This document shows positions 1 to 10,129 of a stretch of DNA of 64,000 bases, piece by piece (position 1 is the stretch's first letter; every line of letters starts with the position of its first letter). The notes beneath the pieces were generated by a model. That model saw only the letters and a list, made by a program, of their open reading frames with translations, was not told the DNA's origin and ran no database searches. A program made the position numbers and the translations under genes. This DNA comes from Candidatus Rhodoferax randersensis (GTDB lineage Bacteria; Pseudomonadota; Gammaproteobacteria; Burkholderiales; Burkholderiaceae_C), in assembly GCA_016718155.1 (NCBI GenBank), contig JADKEH010000041.1:16512-80511 (forward strand). The letters run 5' to 3'.

Positions 1-176
1 ATGTCCAGCACGCGATTGATATCGCTGGACGGTCCATCGCCCAAAAATGATCGCGCCGCGTCGCCCGACAGCACACCGCCGGATTCCGCCGCTGTGGTTT
101 CGGTGCTCTTCTGCTCAAGCAGGGCCTCGGCCCAGTCGGCCATGCCGTCGTCTTCAGGTTTGTCATCAACTGCCAT
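1..176 (-). CDS. fliN: Flagellar motor switch protein FliN, N-terminal part (gene runs off window start)
   Basis: Reverse-strand ATG at 176 follows the fliM stop by 1 nt (TGAtATG). Translation MAVDDKPEDDGMADWAEALLEQKSTE...SSDINRVLD stays open to position 1. Acidic N-terminus and position after fliL-fliM fit FliN. Confidence 0.65.
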   Translation of the reverse strand, partial: MAVDDKPEDDGMADWAEALLEQKSTETTAAESGGVLSGDAARSFLGDGPSSDINRVLD

Positions 177-177
177 A

Positions 178-1170
178 TCACTCTCCCATCCAACTTTGGT
201 CATTGCCTCGCAGGGTCTTGTCGATCCGTATCGCGTACTTGGCGTTGTGGGTGCCGTACTGGCACTCGAAAACCGGAACGCCATCTACCGATGCCTTGAT
301 GCGCGGTTCGCGGTCAAGCTCGATAAAGTCGCCCGCCTTCATGGCCAGCAACTGCTCCACCGTGGCATCCGCACTGGCAAGTTGCGCCACCAGGGTGACC
401 TCGGCGGCTTGGATCTCGCGCGTCAGCACGTTGACCCAGCGCCGATCGACCTCCACCGAATCACCTTGCGTCGATGAGTACAGTACATCGCGGATTGGCT
501 CCAGGGTGGCATAGGGCATGCAGAAGTGTATGGCGCCCGTGATCTCGCCGATCTCAAGTTGAAATGAGGTGGAAATCACAATCTCACTGGGCGTCGCGAT
601 ATTGGCGAACTGTGGCTGCATTTCCGAGCGCTGGTATTCCAAATCCAGAGGATAGATACCGCGCCAGGCTTTCTTGTATTCATCGGTGATCACGTCCACC
701 AGGCGATTTATGACACGTTGCTCAGTGGCGGAGAAATCGCGCCCTTCGATGCGGGTCTGGAATTTGCCAATACCGCCATACAGGGTGTCGATTACGCCAA
801 AGACAAGCGCCGGCTCGCAAACGATCAATCCGCTGCCGCGCAAGGGCCGAATCGCCACGATGTTGAAATTGGTCGGCACCGCCAACTCGCGCAGGAACGC
901 GCTGTAGCGCTGCACGGTTACCGGGCCTACCGAGATCTCCGGGCTGCGACGTATGAAGTTGAACAGGCCCACCCGCAAATTGCGTGCAAACCGCTCGTTG
1001 ACGATCTCCATGGTGGGCATGCGCCCACGAACGATGCGCTCCTGGCTGGAGATGTTGTAGAGCCGGACCTCGCCCGCCTCGGCAACGTCCTCGGTGATCT
1101 TCTGGCTTTCGCCCGTGACGCCTTCAAGCAGGGCATCAACTTCTTCCTGGGACAGAAATGATTCACTCAT
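178..1170 (-). CDS. fliM: Flagellar motor switch protein FliM
   Basis: 330-aa ORF. N-terminal LSQEEVDALL (CheY-P binding motif of FliM). Length and position between fliL and fliN are typical. Confidence 0.92.
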   Translation of the reverse strand: MSESFLSQEEVDALLEGVTGESQKITEDVAEAGEVRLYNISSQERIVRGRMPTMEIVNERFARNLRVGLFNFIRRSPEISVGPVTVQRYSAFLRELAVPTNFNIVAIRPLRGSGLIVCEPALVFGVIDTLYGGIGKFQTRIEGRDFSATEQRVINRLVDVITDEYKKAWRGIYPLDLEYQRSEMQPQFANIATPSEIVISTSFQLEIGEITGAIHFCMPYATLEPIRDVLYSSTQGDSVEVDRRWVNVLTREIQAAEVTLVAQLASADATVEQLLAMKAGDFIELDREPRIKASVDGVPVFECQYGTHNAKYAIRIDKTLRGNDQSWMGE

Positions 1171-1191
1171 GGGTGGACACCTGCTGAATCG

Positions 1192-1782
1192 TCACTGGAC
1201 AATGAAACTGGAAAACAACACGCCACGCACCGGACTGCCGTCGGCTGCCGCCTTGTCGGAGGTCTTCTTTTTGGCCTTGTCGGCGTCCTTCTTGGGCTTG
1301 GGCTTGGCATTCCCACCTTCAGGCAGAAATGGGCGCGAGGCCTCGGACAGAATGTCGGCCGCCAACAGCTCCTTGCCTTCGCGTTGCAGCAATTCCTCGG
1401 CCGTGCGCTGTGAGATGAGTATCAGTATGCCGCTGCGAATGGCTGGCAGGTACATCTTGACCTTTTCGGTGGCCTTGGCGTCCATCAGCTCCAGGGTGAT
1501 CCCGATCTGTGCCACCCTCTCACCGCCAGGATCAGCCAGATTGACCACCATGTTGTCCAAGGGCATGAAGGTGGGCGGCCCTTTCTGTTCGACCACCTGA
1601 ACGGCCTCTTCGCCGTCTTCCGTCGCGGCCTTTTGCTTGGCAAAGAAGAACCAGGCCCCGCCGCCAGCCAAAGCCAGCACCAGAACGCCCGCCAACGCGA
1701 TGATCAGCAACTTCTTGCTTTTCGCCGGCGCCTTGACTTCTTCAGCGGCGTCGGGCTTGGCAGCGTCTGGTTTGGTGGCCAC
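1192..1782 (-). CDS. fliL: Flagellar basal-body-associated protein FliL
   Basis: 196 aa with a Lys-rich N-terminus, one TM helix (LLIIALAGVLVLALAGGGAWFFF) and a FliL-type C-terminal domain. Lies immediately upstream of fliM. Confidence 0.85.
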   Translation of the reverse strand: MATKPDAAKPDAAEEVKAPAKSKKLLIIALAGVLVLALAGGGAWFFFAKQKAATEDGEEAVQVVEQKGPPTFMPLDNMVVNLADPGGERVAQIGITLELMDAKATEKVKMYLPAIRSGILILISQRTAEELLQREGKELLAADILSEASRPFLPEGGNAKPKPKKDADKAKKKTSDKAAADGSPVRGVLFSSFIVQ

Positions 1783-1896
1783 GGTATTCCTTCAATCTAG
1801 ATACGCCATTATTCTGCAGATCGAGTGTGTCAAGGCGCCAATTAACGGTGGTAAACCCCTCCTTAAGGGGCTTCTGGACCCACGGCGCACATCCGC

Positions 1897-3426
1897 TCAT
1901 ACAAACAGGTCAACCGTGCGCCCAGCGACCGGGCGCTGGGCGGAAGTCAGCCCGGTCGCATTAACCAGCGGCACTTCAACGCGCGCCTGCCGCGCGCCAG
2001 ATTCGCCAAATTCGCCCGATTGCCCAGGCGAATGTTGCGCATCCCCACGCCGCTGCCCGGAAGCCCCCACGAAGACCCCAGCAAGGGACAAGCCCTCGTC
2101 TTTGAGCAGATCCTTCAAGTGCGCCATGGCGCCTTCAAGCACTTGCCTGATTTCGGGCTGATCAGTTCGGAACTCGACCTGCGCCTCACTGCCTTGCATG
2201 GAAATGCTGACCTCGACCGGCGTTCGACCAAACACGTCTAGTCGCAGCTCGGCGTTTTGAACCTTGCCGGCTATCCAGTAACTGACCTGTTCCGCCACCA
2301 TCATCTCAGGCGTGGGCAAGGCGCCGTTCTGGGCCGCTGCCGAAGCCTCCACCGGTCGGCCCGATCCCAATGCATAGGCGCCCCAATGCCCCTCGCCGGC
2401 CGACCCTGCAAACGATTCGGTCGGTTTGCCGGTGGCCCGGTCGGTCTTTCGAATCAGGCCTTCCGAAACGCCCATCAGCACGCTTGCGCTCGGGCCGGCG
2501 ATGGCCTGCGCCGCAACGTCAGGCACGACGAGGGCCTGACGGGCTTTGGTGTCACTGACGGTCTGCGCGAAGCCGCCGGGAGCCGCCGTCGGCCTGGCCA
2601 CTGCGGCGTCGCCCTGCTGGGTGAACCGCTGAGCGGATTCCCAGTGTGTTGCCGTGGTGTCGTCCACAGCCTCTGCAACCAAGTCGGAACGCGTATTCGG
2701 AGCCACGCTGCCACTACTCGCCTTCTGGACCGCTTCCGCTTGCGCCGGCATGTTCAGCGCATTCGATCGCGGCGGCGCACCCCAAGGCAGCAGCGGTTGC
2801 GTCTCAGGGTCATCTGTGGGTTGTTTCGCTGCCTGCGGCGAGCCGACGGGGAACCGCACCGCATCGGCCTCTATCCGGCCGGACACTCCGAGCTGCACGC
2901 CTGGCTGAACGGCGGGCAGGGCAACCGTGGGCTTGGCTGCGCTCGGCGAGGCCAGCGCCGATAGCGCCAACGGCAGCGATTGCCCCGACGCGTCCGCACG
3001 CACGTCCGAACCCGGATTCAGAGCCGCACTCGCGGCCGACGCGTCACCTACGGTCGACGACACTGCGGCGTCTGCCAGAGGCGACCACTGTGCCGACTGA
3101 CTCAGGTGCGCCAGCAAGGCCGCCGTATCGACGTGCCATCCGGCGTCGGGCATCAGGTGGTTGCCATCAGGCAGTTGCGGCTCTGTGGTGGTTGCGGGGG
3201 GCAGCCAATCCGCGCCGCCCGGCAGCCCCACCAGCGCCGCAGAGGCATCCAGGCCCGCCGTCACACCTGACTCTTCCGACGCACCCAAGGTCGCCAGCAC
3301 CGAGAGAAAACCACCGCCGCCGACCGCAGCAGCGTTGCCCCAGCCGTGTTGCCCAACGGGGCTGACGCCAGGTTGACCCTTGCCAACTCGCGGCACGCCT
3401 TGGGGCGCGTTTCGATCCAGGTTCAT
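1897..3426 (-). CDS. fliK: Flagellar hook-length control protein FliK
   Basis: 509 aa, Ala/Pro/Gln-rich, with a C-terminal FliK-type domain (…VEVSISMQGSEAQVEFRTDQPEIRQVLEGAMAHLKDLLKDEGL…). Its ATG overlaps the fliJ stop (ATGA). Confidence 0.82.
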   Translation of the reverse strand: MNLDRNAPQGVPRVGKGQPGVSPVGQHGWGNAAAVGGGGFLSVLATLGASEESGVTAGLDASAALVGLPGGADWLPPATTTEPQLPDGNHLMPDAGWHVDTAALLAHLSQSAQWSPLADAAVSSTVGDASAASAALNPGSDVRADASGQSLPLALSALASPSAAKPTVALPAVQPGVQLGVSGRIEADAVRFPVGSPQAAKQPTDDPETQPLLPWGAPPRSNALNMPAQAEAVQKASSGSVAPNTRSDLVAEAVDDTTATHWESAQRFTQQGDAAVARPTAAPGGFAQTVSDTKARQALVVPDVAAQAIAGPSASVLMGVSEGLIRKTDRATGKPTESFAGSAGEGHWGAYALGSGRPVEASAAAQNGALPTPEMMVAEQVSYWIAGKVQNAELRLDVFGRTPVEVSISMQGSEAQVEFRTDQPEIRQVLEGAMAHLKDLLKDEGLSLAGVFVGASGQRRGDAQHSPGQSGEFGESGARQARVEVPLVNATGLTSAQRPVAGRTVDLFV

Positions 3427-3890
3427 GGTTGATCTCCTACATTCAAATTGCGCACAACCCGGGCGAACTGCAGGGCGGCGAATTCATCCATCTGTTTTTG
3501 CTCTCGTTTCACTTGACGGGCGGCCACTTCGGCCTTCTTCCTGGCCAGCACCTGCTTGAGCGCGGCCAGTCTGAACTCCGCCTGCAGCAGCACCTGGTTG
3601 GCCGCCTCAACCTGAAGCGCCGCCTTGGCGAGCACCGCACGCTGCAATCCAATGGCGTGATGCAGGCGGTCCATGAACTGATAGTGGTGGCGCATCAACT
3701 CTGGCGTTGCAGACACTTGTGCCGACGTGGTCCAGCGTGCGACCGTCTCGGCCGCGTAGGTGTCGAGCTGATCCAACTGGTCCTGCGCAAAACGCTGCGC
3801 GCGCTGAACTTGCGCCAAATCCAATCCCGCTTCGTCACGTTTGCGCGCCGCGACGTCGGTTGCCAGTTGCACGCTGGCGACAGCAGTCAT
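3423..3890 (-). CDS. fliJ: Flagellar export chaperone/stalk protein FliJ
   Basis: About 155-aa coiled-coil protein (MTAVASVQLATDVAARKRDEAG…) between fliI and fliK. The internal ATG at 3890 with an AGGAG RBS was chosen because the longer ORF (to 3974) would overlap the fliI 3' end. Confidence 0.75.
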   Translation of the reverse strand: MTAVASVQLATDVAARKRDEAGLDLAQVQRAQRFAQDQLDQLDTYAAETVARWTTSAQVSATPELMRHHYQFMDRLHHAIGLQRAVLAKAALQVEAANQVLLQAEFRLAALKQVLARKKAEVAARQVKREQKQMDEFAALQFARVVRNLNVGDQP

Positions 3891-3915
3891 ACTCGCTCCT
3901 GAAATGGCCGATTGG

Positions 3916-5331
3916 TCATGGTGCGCTGATCCCGCTTTCCAGCGCCTCGGACATCTGGCCAAGGCAGTCTTCAAACTGCGCCGACGCGTACATATCCTGT
4001 TGCAAAAACGCGGTCATTCCGAGATGCAAGCGAATGGCCTCGTCCAGGGCCGGATCAGAGCCACTGACGTAGGCGCCAATCTGGACCAGATCACGGCCCT
4101 TTTGATAGCGGGAGTTAACCGCCCGAAATCGGCGTGCCAGCTCAAAGTGGTCGCGGGACACCACGTTGTGCATCACCCGTGAGGCCGACTGCTCAATGTC
4201 GATCGCCGGGTAGTGCCCGGCCTCGGCCAGCGAGCGTGACAAAACGATATGCCCATCCAGAATTGCGCGCGCCGCGTCCGCGATCGGGTCCTGCTGGTCA
4301 TCACCTTCGGACAGCACGGTGTAAAAGGCCGTAATCGATCCCACACCGCCCAGCCCGTTGCCGCTACGTTCCACCAGTTGCGGCAGCTTGGCAAAACAGG
4401 ATGGCGGGTAGCCCTTGGTGGCGGGCGGCTCGCCAATGGCCAGGGCAATCTCGCGCTGCGCCATGGCGTAACGCGTGAGCGAATCCATCAGCAACAACAC
4501 ATGGCACCCTTTGTCCCTGAAGTGCTCGGCGATCGCGGTGGCATAGCTGGCCCCTTGCATGCGCAGCATGGGGGGCGCATCGGCCGGGGCAGCCACCACA
4601 ACGGACCGCTCACGGCCCTGCTCGCCAAGGATGTCCTCGATAAACTCCTTGACTTCGCGGCCACGCTCGCCAATCAGGCCGACCACGATCACATCGGCCT
4701 TGGTATAGCGGGCCATCATCCCCAGCAGCACGCTCTTGCCAACGCCTGAGCCCGAAAACAGCCCAATGCGTTGACCCCGCCCCACCGTCAGCAGCGCATT
4801 GATGGCGCGCACGCCGGTATCGAGCGGCTCGCGCACGGGCGCCCGGTCCATGGCATTGATGGGCGTGCGATCCATCGGTCGTGCCATCACATCCACAATT
4901 GGCCCCATTCGGTCCATGGGCGCACCGTGGGCATCGACCACCCGCCCCAATAAGCCATCCCCCAAGGGCAGGCGCAACAGGCCGGCACCGCTCTCGATGT
5001 CCGCCGCACGGGGTTCACCCAACCTGGGCACCGGCACATAAGCGGCTGCGGGCACCACACTGGCCCCGCTGGAGAGTCCATGCACATCGCCCGCGGGCAT
5101 CAGGTAGGCACGGTCGTTGGAGAACCCAACCACCTCCGCCAAGACCGGGTTTTGCGATGTCATCGAAACCATACACTGCGAGCCCACCGGGGCGCGCAGA
5201 CCGCTGGCCTCCAGCACCAGGCCGGTCAGGCGCGTCAGGGTACCGCGCACTTCGAGCGTGCTGCCACGGTTGACCCGGTCCTTGGCGTCGACCAAGTACC
5301 GTTGCCACTTGCAGCTGGGATCATGGCTCAT
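3916..5331 (-). CDS. fliI: Flagellum-specific ATP synthase FliI
   Basis: 471 aa. Walker [12 protein letters not shown], Walker [12 protein letters not shown]1/T3SS ATPase architecture. Confidence 0.95.
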   Translation of the reverse strand: MSHDPSCKWQRYLVDAKDRVNRGSTLEVRGTLTRLTGLVLEASGLRAPVGSQCMVSMTSQNPVLAEVVGFSNDRAYLMPAGDVHGLSSGASVVPAAAYVPVPRLGEPRAADIESGAGLLRLPLGDGLLGRVVDAHGAPMDRMGPIVDVMARPMDRTPINAMDRAPVREPLDTGVRAINALLTVGRGQRIGLFSGSGVGKSVLLGMMARYTKADVIVVGLIGERGREVKEFIEDILGEQGRERSVVVAAPADAPPMLRMQGASYATAIAEHFRDKGCHVLLLMDSLTRYAMAQREIALAIGEPPATKGYPPSCFAKLPQLVERSGNGLGGVGSITAFYTVLSEGDDQQDPIADAARAILDGHIVLSRSLAEAGHYPAIDIEQSASRVMHNVVSRDHFELARRFRAVNSRYQKGRDLVQIGAYVSGSDPALDEAIRLHLGMTAFLQQDMYASAQFEDCLGQMSEALESGISAP

Positions 5332-6004
5332 CGTCGGCCTCCTGCCAGGGAACGCTCAGGCCCAGCGTCGCCACGGCGCGGGTCCATCGCTTCTCGACCG
5401 AGGCATCCACGACGGTGCCCGCCGACTCGACCAGACAGCCACCCCGGTCTACACGGGCATCGGCCAGCAAGGTCAAACTGAGGTTGGAGAACTCGGCACG
5501 CAAGGGCTCTTCGAGCACCTCCAGGTCCAATGGGTTCATTCGAACCACTGCGCTTTTGGAATCGGCCAGCAGCATGCCGAGCGCCTCGCGCACTGCGGGC
5601 TGCAGTACGTTCGGGTTGACCGACAACTCCTGACGCAGCACCTGGCGAGCCACCTCGCAGGCCAGCTCCAGAACGCCCTGCGCAATGGCTTGTTCCGACT
5701 GCTGCAACTGCAGGCTGGTGGCAGCAAACACGGCGGCAAGGCGTTGTGCCGCCTCGTCACCCTGGTTGCGGGTGAATTCGGCAATCCGGTGCTGAGTCTC
5801 CAGGACCGCTTGTGCCTGCGCCTGGGCGAATCCCTGCGCATAACCCTCCTGACGCATGGCGTCATCACGCGCTTGCTCAGCAGCCTCTTGGCGGGAGTCA
5901 GCCTGGGCCGCCAGCAAAATGGACGCCGTGTCGACGGCCGAGAAGTCCCATTGCGCCACCGCACCGACTTCCTCGCCGGGGATGAATCGATTGAAGTTGC
6001 GCAT
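5321..6004 (-). CDS. fliH: Flagellar assembly protein FliH
   Basis: 227 aa between fliG and fliI. Glu/Ala/Gln-rich central helix and FliH-type C-terminus. Overlaps the fliI start. Confidence 0.8.
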   Translation of the reverse strand: MRNFNRFIPGEEVGAVAQWDFSAVDTASILLAAQADSRQEAAEQARDDAMRQEGYAQGFAQAQAQAVLETQHRIAEFTRNQGDEAAQRLAAVFAATSLQLQQSEQAIAQGVLELACEVARQVLRQELSVNPNVLQPAVREALGMLLADSKSAVVRMNPLDLEVLEEPLRAEFSNLSLTLLADARVDRGGCLVESAGTVVDASVEKRWTRAVATLGLSVPWQEADDEP

Positions 6005-6006
6005 GA

Positions 6007-7005
6007 TCAGACCATGGCGTCGTCGGCGCCACCGCCAATGACAATGGTTCCTTCGTCGGCGAGACGGCGCACGGTCTTGAGGATTTCCTTCTGCTGCGCC
6101 TCCACCTCGGACAAGCGCATCGGCCCGCGCGACTCCAAGTCTTCGCGCAGCGTCTCGGCGGCGCGCGAGGACATGTTGGCAAGGAACTTTTCCTTGAGCT
6201 CGGGCTGCGCGCCCTTCAGCGCAACAATCAGCGAGTCAGACGCCACCTCCTTGAGCACCATCTGGATGGCCTTGTCATCGAGCTTCATCACATCGTCAAA
6301 CACGAACATCTTGTCCATGATCTTCTGGGCCAACTCCGGATCGTGGTTGCGGATCGACTCGATCACCGTGCCCTCGATCGCCGTACCCATCAGGTTGATC
6401 ATCTCGGCCGCAGTCTTGACGCCACCCAGGGAGGACTTGCGAACCTTGTCACCACCGGCCAGCACCTTGAACAAGACTTCATTGAGGTCCTTGAGGGCGT
6501 TTGGCTGAATTCCCTCCATGGTGGCCACACGCAGCATCACTTCGTTGCGCTGGCGCTCGGTCAGGTGCTTGAGCACATCCGCCGCCTGGTCGTAGTCAAG
6601 GTGGACCAGAATCGCCGCCACAATTTGCGGGTGCTCGTTGCGCAGCAACTCCGCCACCGACAAGGGGTCCATCCACTTGAGGCTCTCGATGCCCGAGACA
6701 TCGCCACCCTGCAGAATGCGATCGATCAGCAGCGCCGCCTTGTCGTCGCCAAGCGCTCGCTTCAACACCGAACGCACGTAGTCCCCGGTATCCGACACCA
6801 ACAAACTCTGCGCGGCGGCGATGCCTGCGAACTTGTCGACTACCTCGTCCACGCGCTCGCGTGTGATCGCCTTGGTTCTGGCGATGGCTTCACCGAGCTT
6901 CTGGACTTCCTTGGGTGACAGGTGCTTGAACACCTCGGACGCCTCTTCCTCACCCAATGACATCATCAGGATGGCTGCGTTCTCGAGGCCGTCGTCTTGT
7001 GACAT
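6007..7005 (-). CDS. fliG: Flagellar motor switch protein FliG
   Basis: 332 aa. MSQDDGLENAAILMMSLGEEEASEVFKHLSPKEVQKLG… is a canonical FliG N-terminus, and the C-terminal torque-helix region is present. Confidence 0.94.
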   Translation of the reverse strand: MSQDDGLENAAILMMSLGEEEASEVFKHLSPKEVQKLGEAIARTKAITRERVDEVVDKFAGIAAAQSLLVSDTGDYVRSVLKRALGDDKAALLIDRILQGGDVSGIESLKWMDPLSVAELLRNEHPQIVAAILVHLDYDQAADVLKHLTERQRNEVMLRVATMEGIQPNALKDLNEVLFKVLAGGDKVRKSSLGGVKTAAEMINLMGTAIEGTVIESIRNHDPELAQKIMDKMFVFDDVMKLDDKAIQMVLKEVASDSLIVALKGAQPELKEKFLANMSSRAAETLREDLESRGPMRLSEVEAQQKEILKTVRRLADEGTIVIGGGADDAMV

Positions 7006-7028
7006 CGTGCGATCCCCTTGGTCAACGC

Positions 7029-8693
7029 TCAGGCCGGCGCCTCACCGTTCATCCAGGTCTTGACAATATTGGCCACCGCTGCCGGGTTTTCCCGCGTGAG
7101 CTTGCGGGCATCATCCAAGGCGAGTTCGCTCGTGGTGGGTGCATTGCTGCGCGTCGGCGGTGGCAACTGCGGACGATTGGGCTCCTCCGACTCGATTGCG
7201 TCAAGCTGTCCACCGGGGCGCGACATGACGGGTCGCGACTCGGCCAGCGTCTTCAAGGCAGGCCGGACAAAGCCCATCAACACCAGCACGCCAAACAAGA
7301 GGGTTCCCACCGGCCAGGCGAAGCTGCGCAGCAGGTCCTGCAACTCGGGCTGCTTCCAGATGGGCAGCTCGGGCAGCGTGATTTTTTCCTTGGCAAAGGG
7401 CGCATTCATGAGGTTCACAGAATCCCCGCGATCTTTGTTGAAACCAATTGTCTCACGCACCAGCGCGGTCATCTTCTCGATTTGCTGCTCGGTCAACGGG
7501 GTTGTGGTGGTCTTGCCCTTGTCGTCGGTCGTGGATTGGTGATTGACGACCACGGCCGCGGTCAGGCGCTTGATGGTGCCGGTGCCCCCTCGCACCACGC
7601 GCACAGTCTTGTCGACCTCGTAGTTGACAATGGACTCGCGCTTTGAACCGGCGCCGCCAGCAGCCCCAGTCGCACCAGCCGACAGCGCCTGGTTCGGTCC
7701 GTTGATCGGCGCGGACGCAGGGCCGGGCGGCTGATTGGATGTAGCCCCCGGCACGCCGGCGGCGTTGCTGGCGCCACCGCCCGAACTCTCGGAGGTTTGC
7801 TGGCTGCGAATGACCGTGGCGTCGGGCGCTTGGTTCGGTTTGTGAGACTCGGAGGTGGACTCAGTCTGCGAGAAGTCCAGTTCCGCCGAGACCTGCGCCT
7901 TCACATTTTGCCGCCCGACAATCGGCTCCAGGATGTCCAGAATCCGGCGACTGTAAGTCTGCTCAAGCTGCTGAACGTGCTGAAGCTGCTGCGCGTCCCC
8001 GCCCCCTTGCGCGCCGTCGGCCGACATCGACAGCAACTTGCCGGTATCGTCGAGCACGCTTACGGCGCTGGTGCTCATCTCGGGCACGCTTGAGGCCACC
8101 AGATGCACGATACCCGCCAACTGCGAGCGGTCGAGCGTGCGCCCGGCATTCAGGCTGACCAGCACCGACGCCGAGGGCTTCTGCTGCTCCCGAAAAAACC
8201 CGTTCTGGTTGGGCAAGGCCAGGTGCACGCGCGCAGTCTGCACCGAAGACAAGCCCTGAATCGACCGCGTCAACTCACCCTCCAGACCACGCTGAAAGGT
8301 CAGCCGCTCCTGAAACTGGGTCATGCCAAATCGGTTGGACTCCATCATCTCGAAGCCCGCGACCGACCCCTTGGGCAAGCCTTGCGAGGCCAGGCGCAAA
8401 CGCGTGTCGTGCACCTTGTCAGCCGGCACCAGGATGGCACCGCCACCCTCCGCATGCTTGTAAGGAATGTTCATCTGCGACAGTTGCGCCACGATGGCAC
8501 CGCCATCCTTGTCTGCCAGATTGGTGTACAGAACCCGCCATTCGGCCTGTCGCCCCATGACCAAGCCAATCACCCCGACGGCGATGAACAAGGCAAAGCC
8601 AAGCGCCATGCGCAGCTTTTGGGCCGGATCGAGGCCCGCCAGTCGCTGGGAGAGAGTCGGATTGACAGGGATGGTGGCAACTGCGGGCATCAT
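7029..8693 (-). CDS. fliF: Flagellar M-S ring protein FliF
   Basis: About 554 aa from the ATGATG at 8693. N-terminal TM helix (LRMALGFALFIAVGVIGLV), YscJ/FliF domain, C-terminal TM helix plus FliG-binding tail. The longer ORF (to 8801) adds a non-homologous leader. Confidence 0.9.
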   Translation of the reverse strand: MMPAVATIPVNPTLSQRLAGLDPAQKLRMALGFALFIAVGVIGLVMGRQAEWRVLYTNLADKDGGAIVAQLSQMNIPYKHAEGGGAILVPADKVHDTRLRLASQGLPKGSVAGFEMMESNRFGMTQFQERLTFQRGLEGELTRSIQGLSSVQTARVHLALPNQNGFFREQQKPSASVLVSLNAGRTLDRSQLAGIVHLVASSVPEMSTSAVSVLDDTGKLLSMSADGAQGGGDAQQLQHVQQLEQTYSRRILDILEPIVGRQNVKAQVSAELDFSQTESTSESHKPNQAPDATVIRSQQTSESSGGGASNAAGVPGATSNQPPGPASAPINGPNQALSAGATGAAGGAGSKRESIVNYEVDKTVRVVRGGTGTIKRLTAAVVVNHQSTTDDKGKTTTTPLTEQQIEKMTALVRETIGFNKDRGDSVNLMNAPFAKEKITLPELPIWKQPELQDLLRSFAWPVGTLLFGVLVLMGFVRPALKTLAESRPVMSRPGGQLDAIESEEPNRPQLPPPTRSNAPTTSELALDDARKLTRENPAAVANIVKTWMNGEAPA

Positions 8694-8863
8694 GGTTTCC
8701 GGTACGAGGTGGCACGACATCGCACCACCCATGCAACCGATTATTCGAGCTGCCTGCGCAAACATTAGGTCAATAAGCCAGTGAATTACCGGCCATTTCA
8801 AAATAATGCGAGCGATCGTCCAGCGCTAGGATCAAGCAACCCCGAACCTCGGAGGGAGCAACC

Positions 8864-9181
8864 ATGGATCTACGCCTTTCCCCCACCACCCTACCCAGCA
8901 CGGTACGCCCCAGCCTGGTGCCGAAGAACACCGCCGCTCAGATCACGGGCAACGCGCCCGGCAGTTTCTCAGGTGCACTCAAGAGCGCACTGGGGGAAGT
9001 GAGCGCGGCGCAAAACGAGGCAACCCGGCTGCAACGCGAAGTGCAGTTGGACAACCCGAAGGTCAGCCTGGAAGAAACCATGGTAGCGATTCAGAAGGCC
9101 CAGATCGGCTTCCAGGCCACGCTGCATGTGCGCAATCGCATGGTGCAGGCCTACACCGACATCATGAACATGCAGGTGTAG
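8864..9181 (+). CDS. fliE: Flagellar hook-basal body complex protein FliE
   Basis: 105 aa. C-terminal …EETMVAIQKAQIGFQATLHVRNRMVQAYTDIMNMQV is the FliE signature. Divergent from fliF, with a GGAGGGAG RBS. Confidence 0.92.
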   Translation: MDLRLSPTTLPSTVRPSLVPKNTAAQITGNAPGSFSGALKSALGEVSAAQNEATRLQREVQLDNPKVSLEETMVAIQKAQIGFQATLHVRNRMVQAYTDIMNMQV

Positions 9182-9212
9182 CGCCGGCCCCAATTCGCCT
9201 GTAACCCGGCAA

Positions 9213-9512
9213 TCAGTGCAGCATCTGCTTGGGAGCGTCAAACTGGCGTTCGACCTGAGACAGCCAAGGCTCCGCCAAATAGCGAATCTGGGCGTCGTTG
9301 TGCAAGATGCGCTGCATGATGCGAGTCTTCTCGGTACGCTGCTCGGGCAGTAGTTGCTCGCTGCGGGCACGATGACGAAGCTGCTCGATCAACACCGCAC
9401 AGGCGCCCTCGAAACGCACCACCTGGTCCCAGTTTTGTTGCTTGGCAGCATCGAGCATGCTGCGGCTGCTGGCTTCGATGGCTTTGTAGTAATCAATCAA
9501 CAGTTGGCTCAT
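9213..9512 (-). CDS. fliT: Flagellar export chaperone FliT
   Basis: 99-aa helical protein directly after fliS (ATGA-type overlap). Size and position are typical of FliT. Confidence 0.7.
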   Translation of the reverse strand: MSQLLIDYYKAIEASSRSMLDAAKQQNWDQVVRFEGACAVLIEQLRHRARSEQLLPEQRTEKTRIMQRILHNDAQIRYLAEPWLSQVERQFDAPKQMLH

Positions 9513-9949
9513 TGCGCTACTCCTAAACCGGCGACGGGCTTCAAGTAAGCCGGGCCTTGACCATCGATCTGCTTCCAGCCGCTGGCGACCAACTCAATCA
9601 GGCGACTGACTTCGTCCAGGGCGGCAACCTCGTTGCGGACATTGGCCAAGGTGACCCGTATGACGCAGTAGCGATATAGCTCCTGCAGATTGGCCGCCAA
9701 CTCACCGCCCTCCTCCAGATTCAGGGGGGCAATCAGTCCCTCTTCAAGGATGCGCACGGCTATGCCAATCTGGCGGCCTTTGACGGGAATGTCCCCGCCT
9801 TGCATGGCCAGACGCGCACCGCCCAGGGCTCGCAACAAGGCATCAAACAACAAAGTCACCAACTTGTGAGGGTCGGCGGTGCTGATGCTGGTCTCGACGT
9901 CGACGCGTTTGTAAGCGGCTGCGGAGCGGGTGCTGACGGAAGCAAACAT
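9509..9949 (-). CDS. fliS: Flagellin-specific chaperone FliS
   Basis: 146 aa. …AAYKRVDVETSISTADPHKLVTLLFDALLRAL… matches the FliS four-helix-bundle family. Confidence 0.9.
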   Translation of the reverse strand: MFASVSTRSAAAYKRVDVETSISTADPHKLVTLLFDALLRALGGARLAMQGGDIPVKGRQIGIAVRILEEGLIAPLNLEEGGELAANLQELYRYCVIRVTLANVRNEVAALDEVSRLIELVASGWKQIDGQGPAYLKPVAGLGVAQ

Positions 9950-9977
9950 GCTGCAATTCCTTATGTTCTTGCAGTAA

Positions 9978-10004
9978 TTATCGGCAGGGTTGGGGTCGAC
10001 TAAA
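9978..10004 (-). promoter_or_regulatory. Candidate sigma-28 (FliA) promoter for fliS-fliT
   Basis: Reverse strand reads TTTAGTCG-N11-GCCGATAA. The -10 matches GCCGATAA exactly and lies about 30 nt upstream of the fliS ATG. The -35 matches only 4/8 to TAAAGTTT. Confidence 0.3.
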
Positions 10005-10129
10005 GAGTTCTAGGCCACGAAATACCTGGGATTTTGTGCAGCATTTCATGCAACGCTCCCAAAAGCATAGCAATGTATGCTTGCTCCGTCAATTCTGAAG
10101 GCCTATTTTGAAGACCGGTTGGCGACGAA

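Noticed and set aside
5117-6508. 463-aa ORF on the + strand.
   Set aside because: It lies antisense to fliH/fliG, which have clear homology. Long antisense ORFs are expected in high-GC DNA, and it has no RBS and no recognisable domain.
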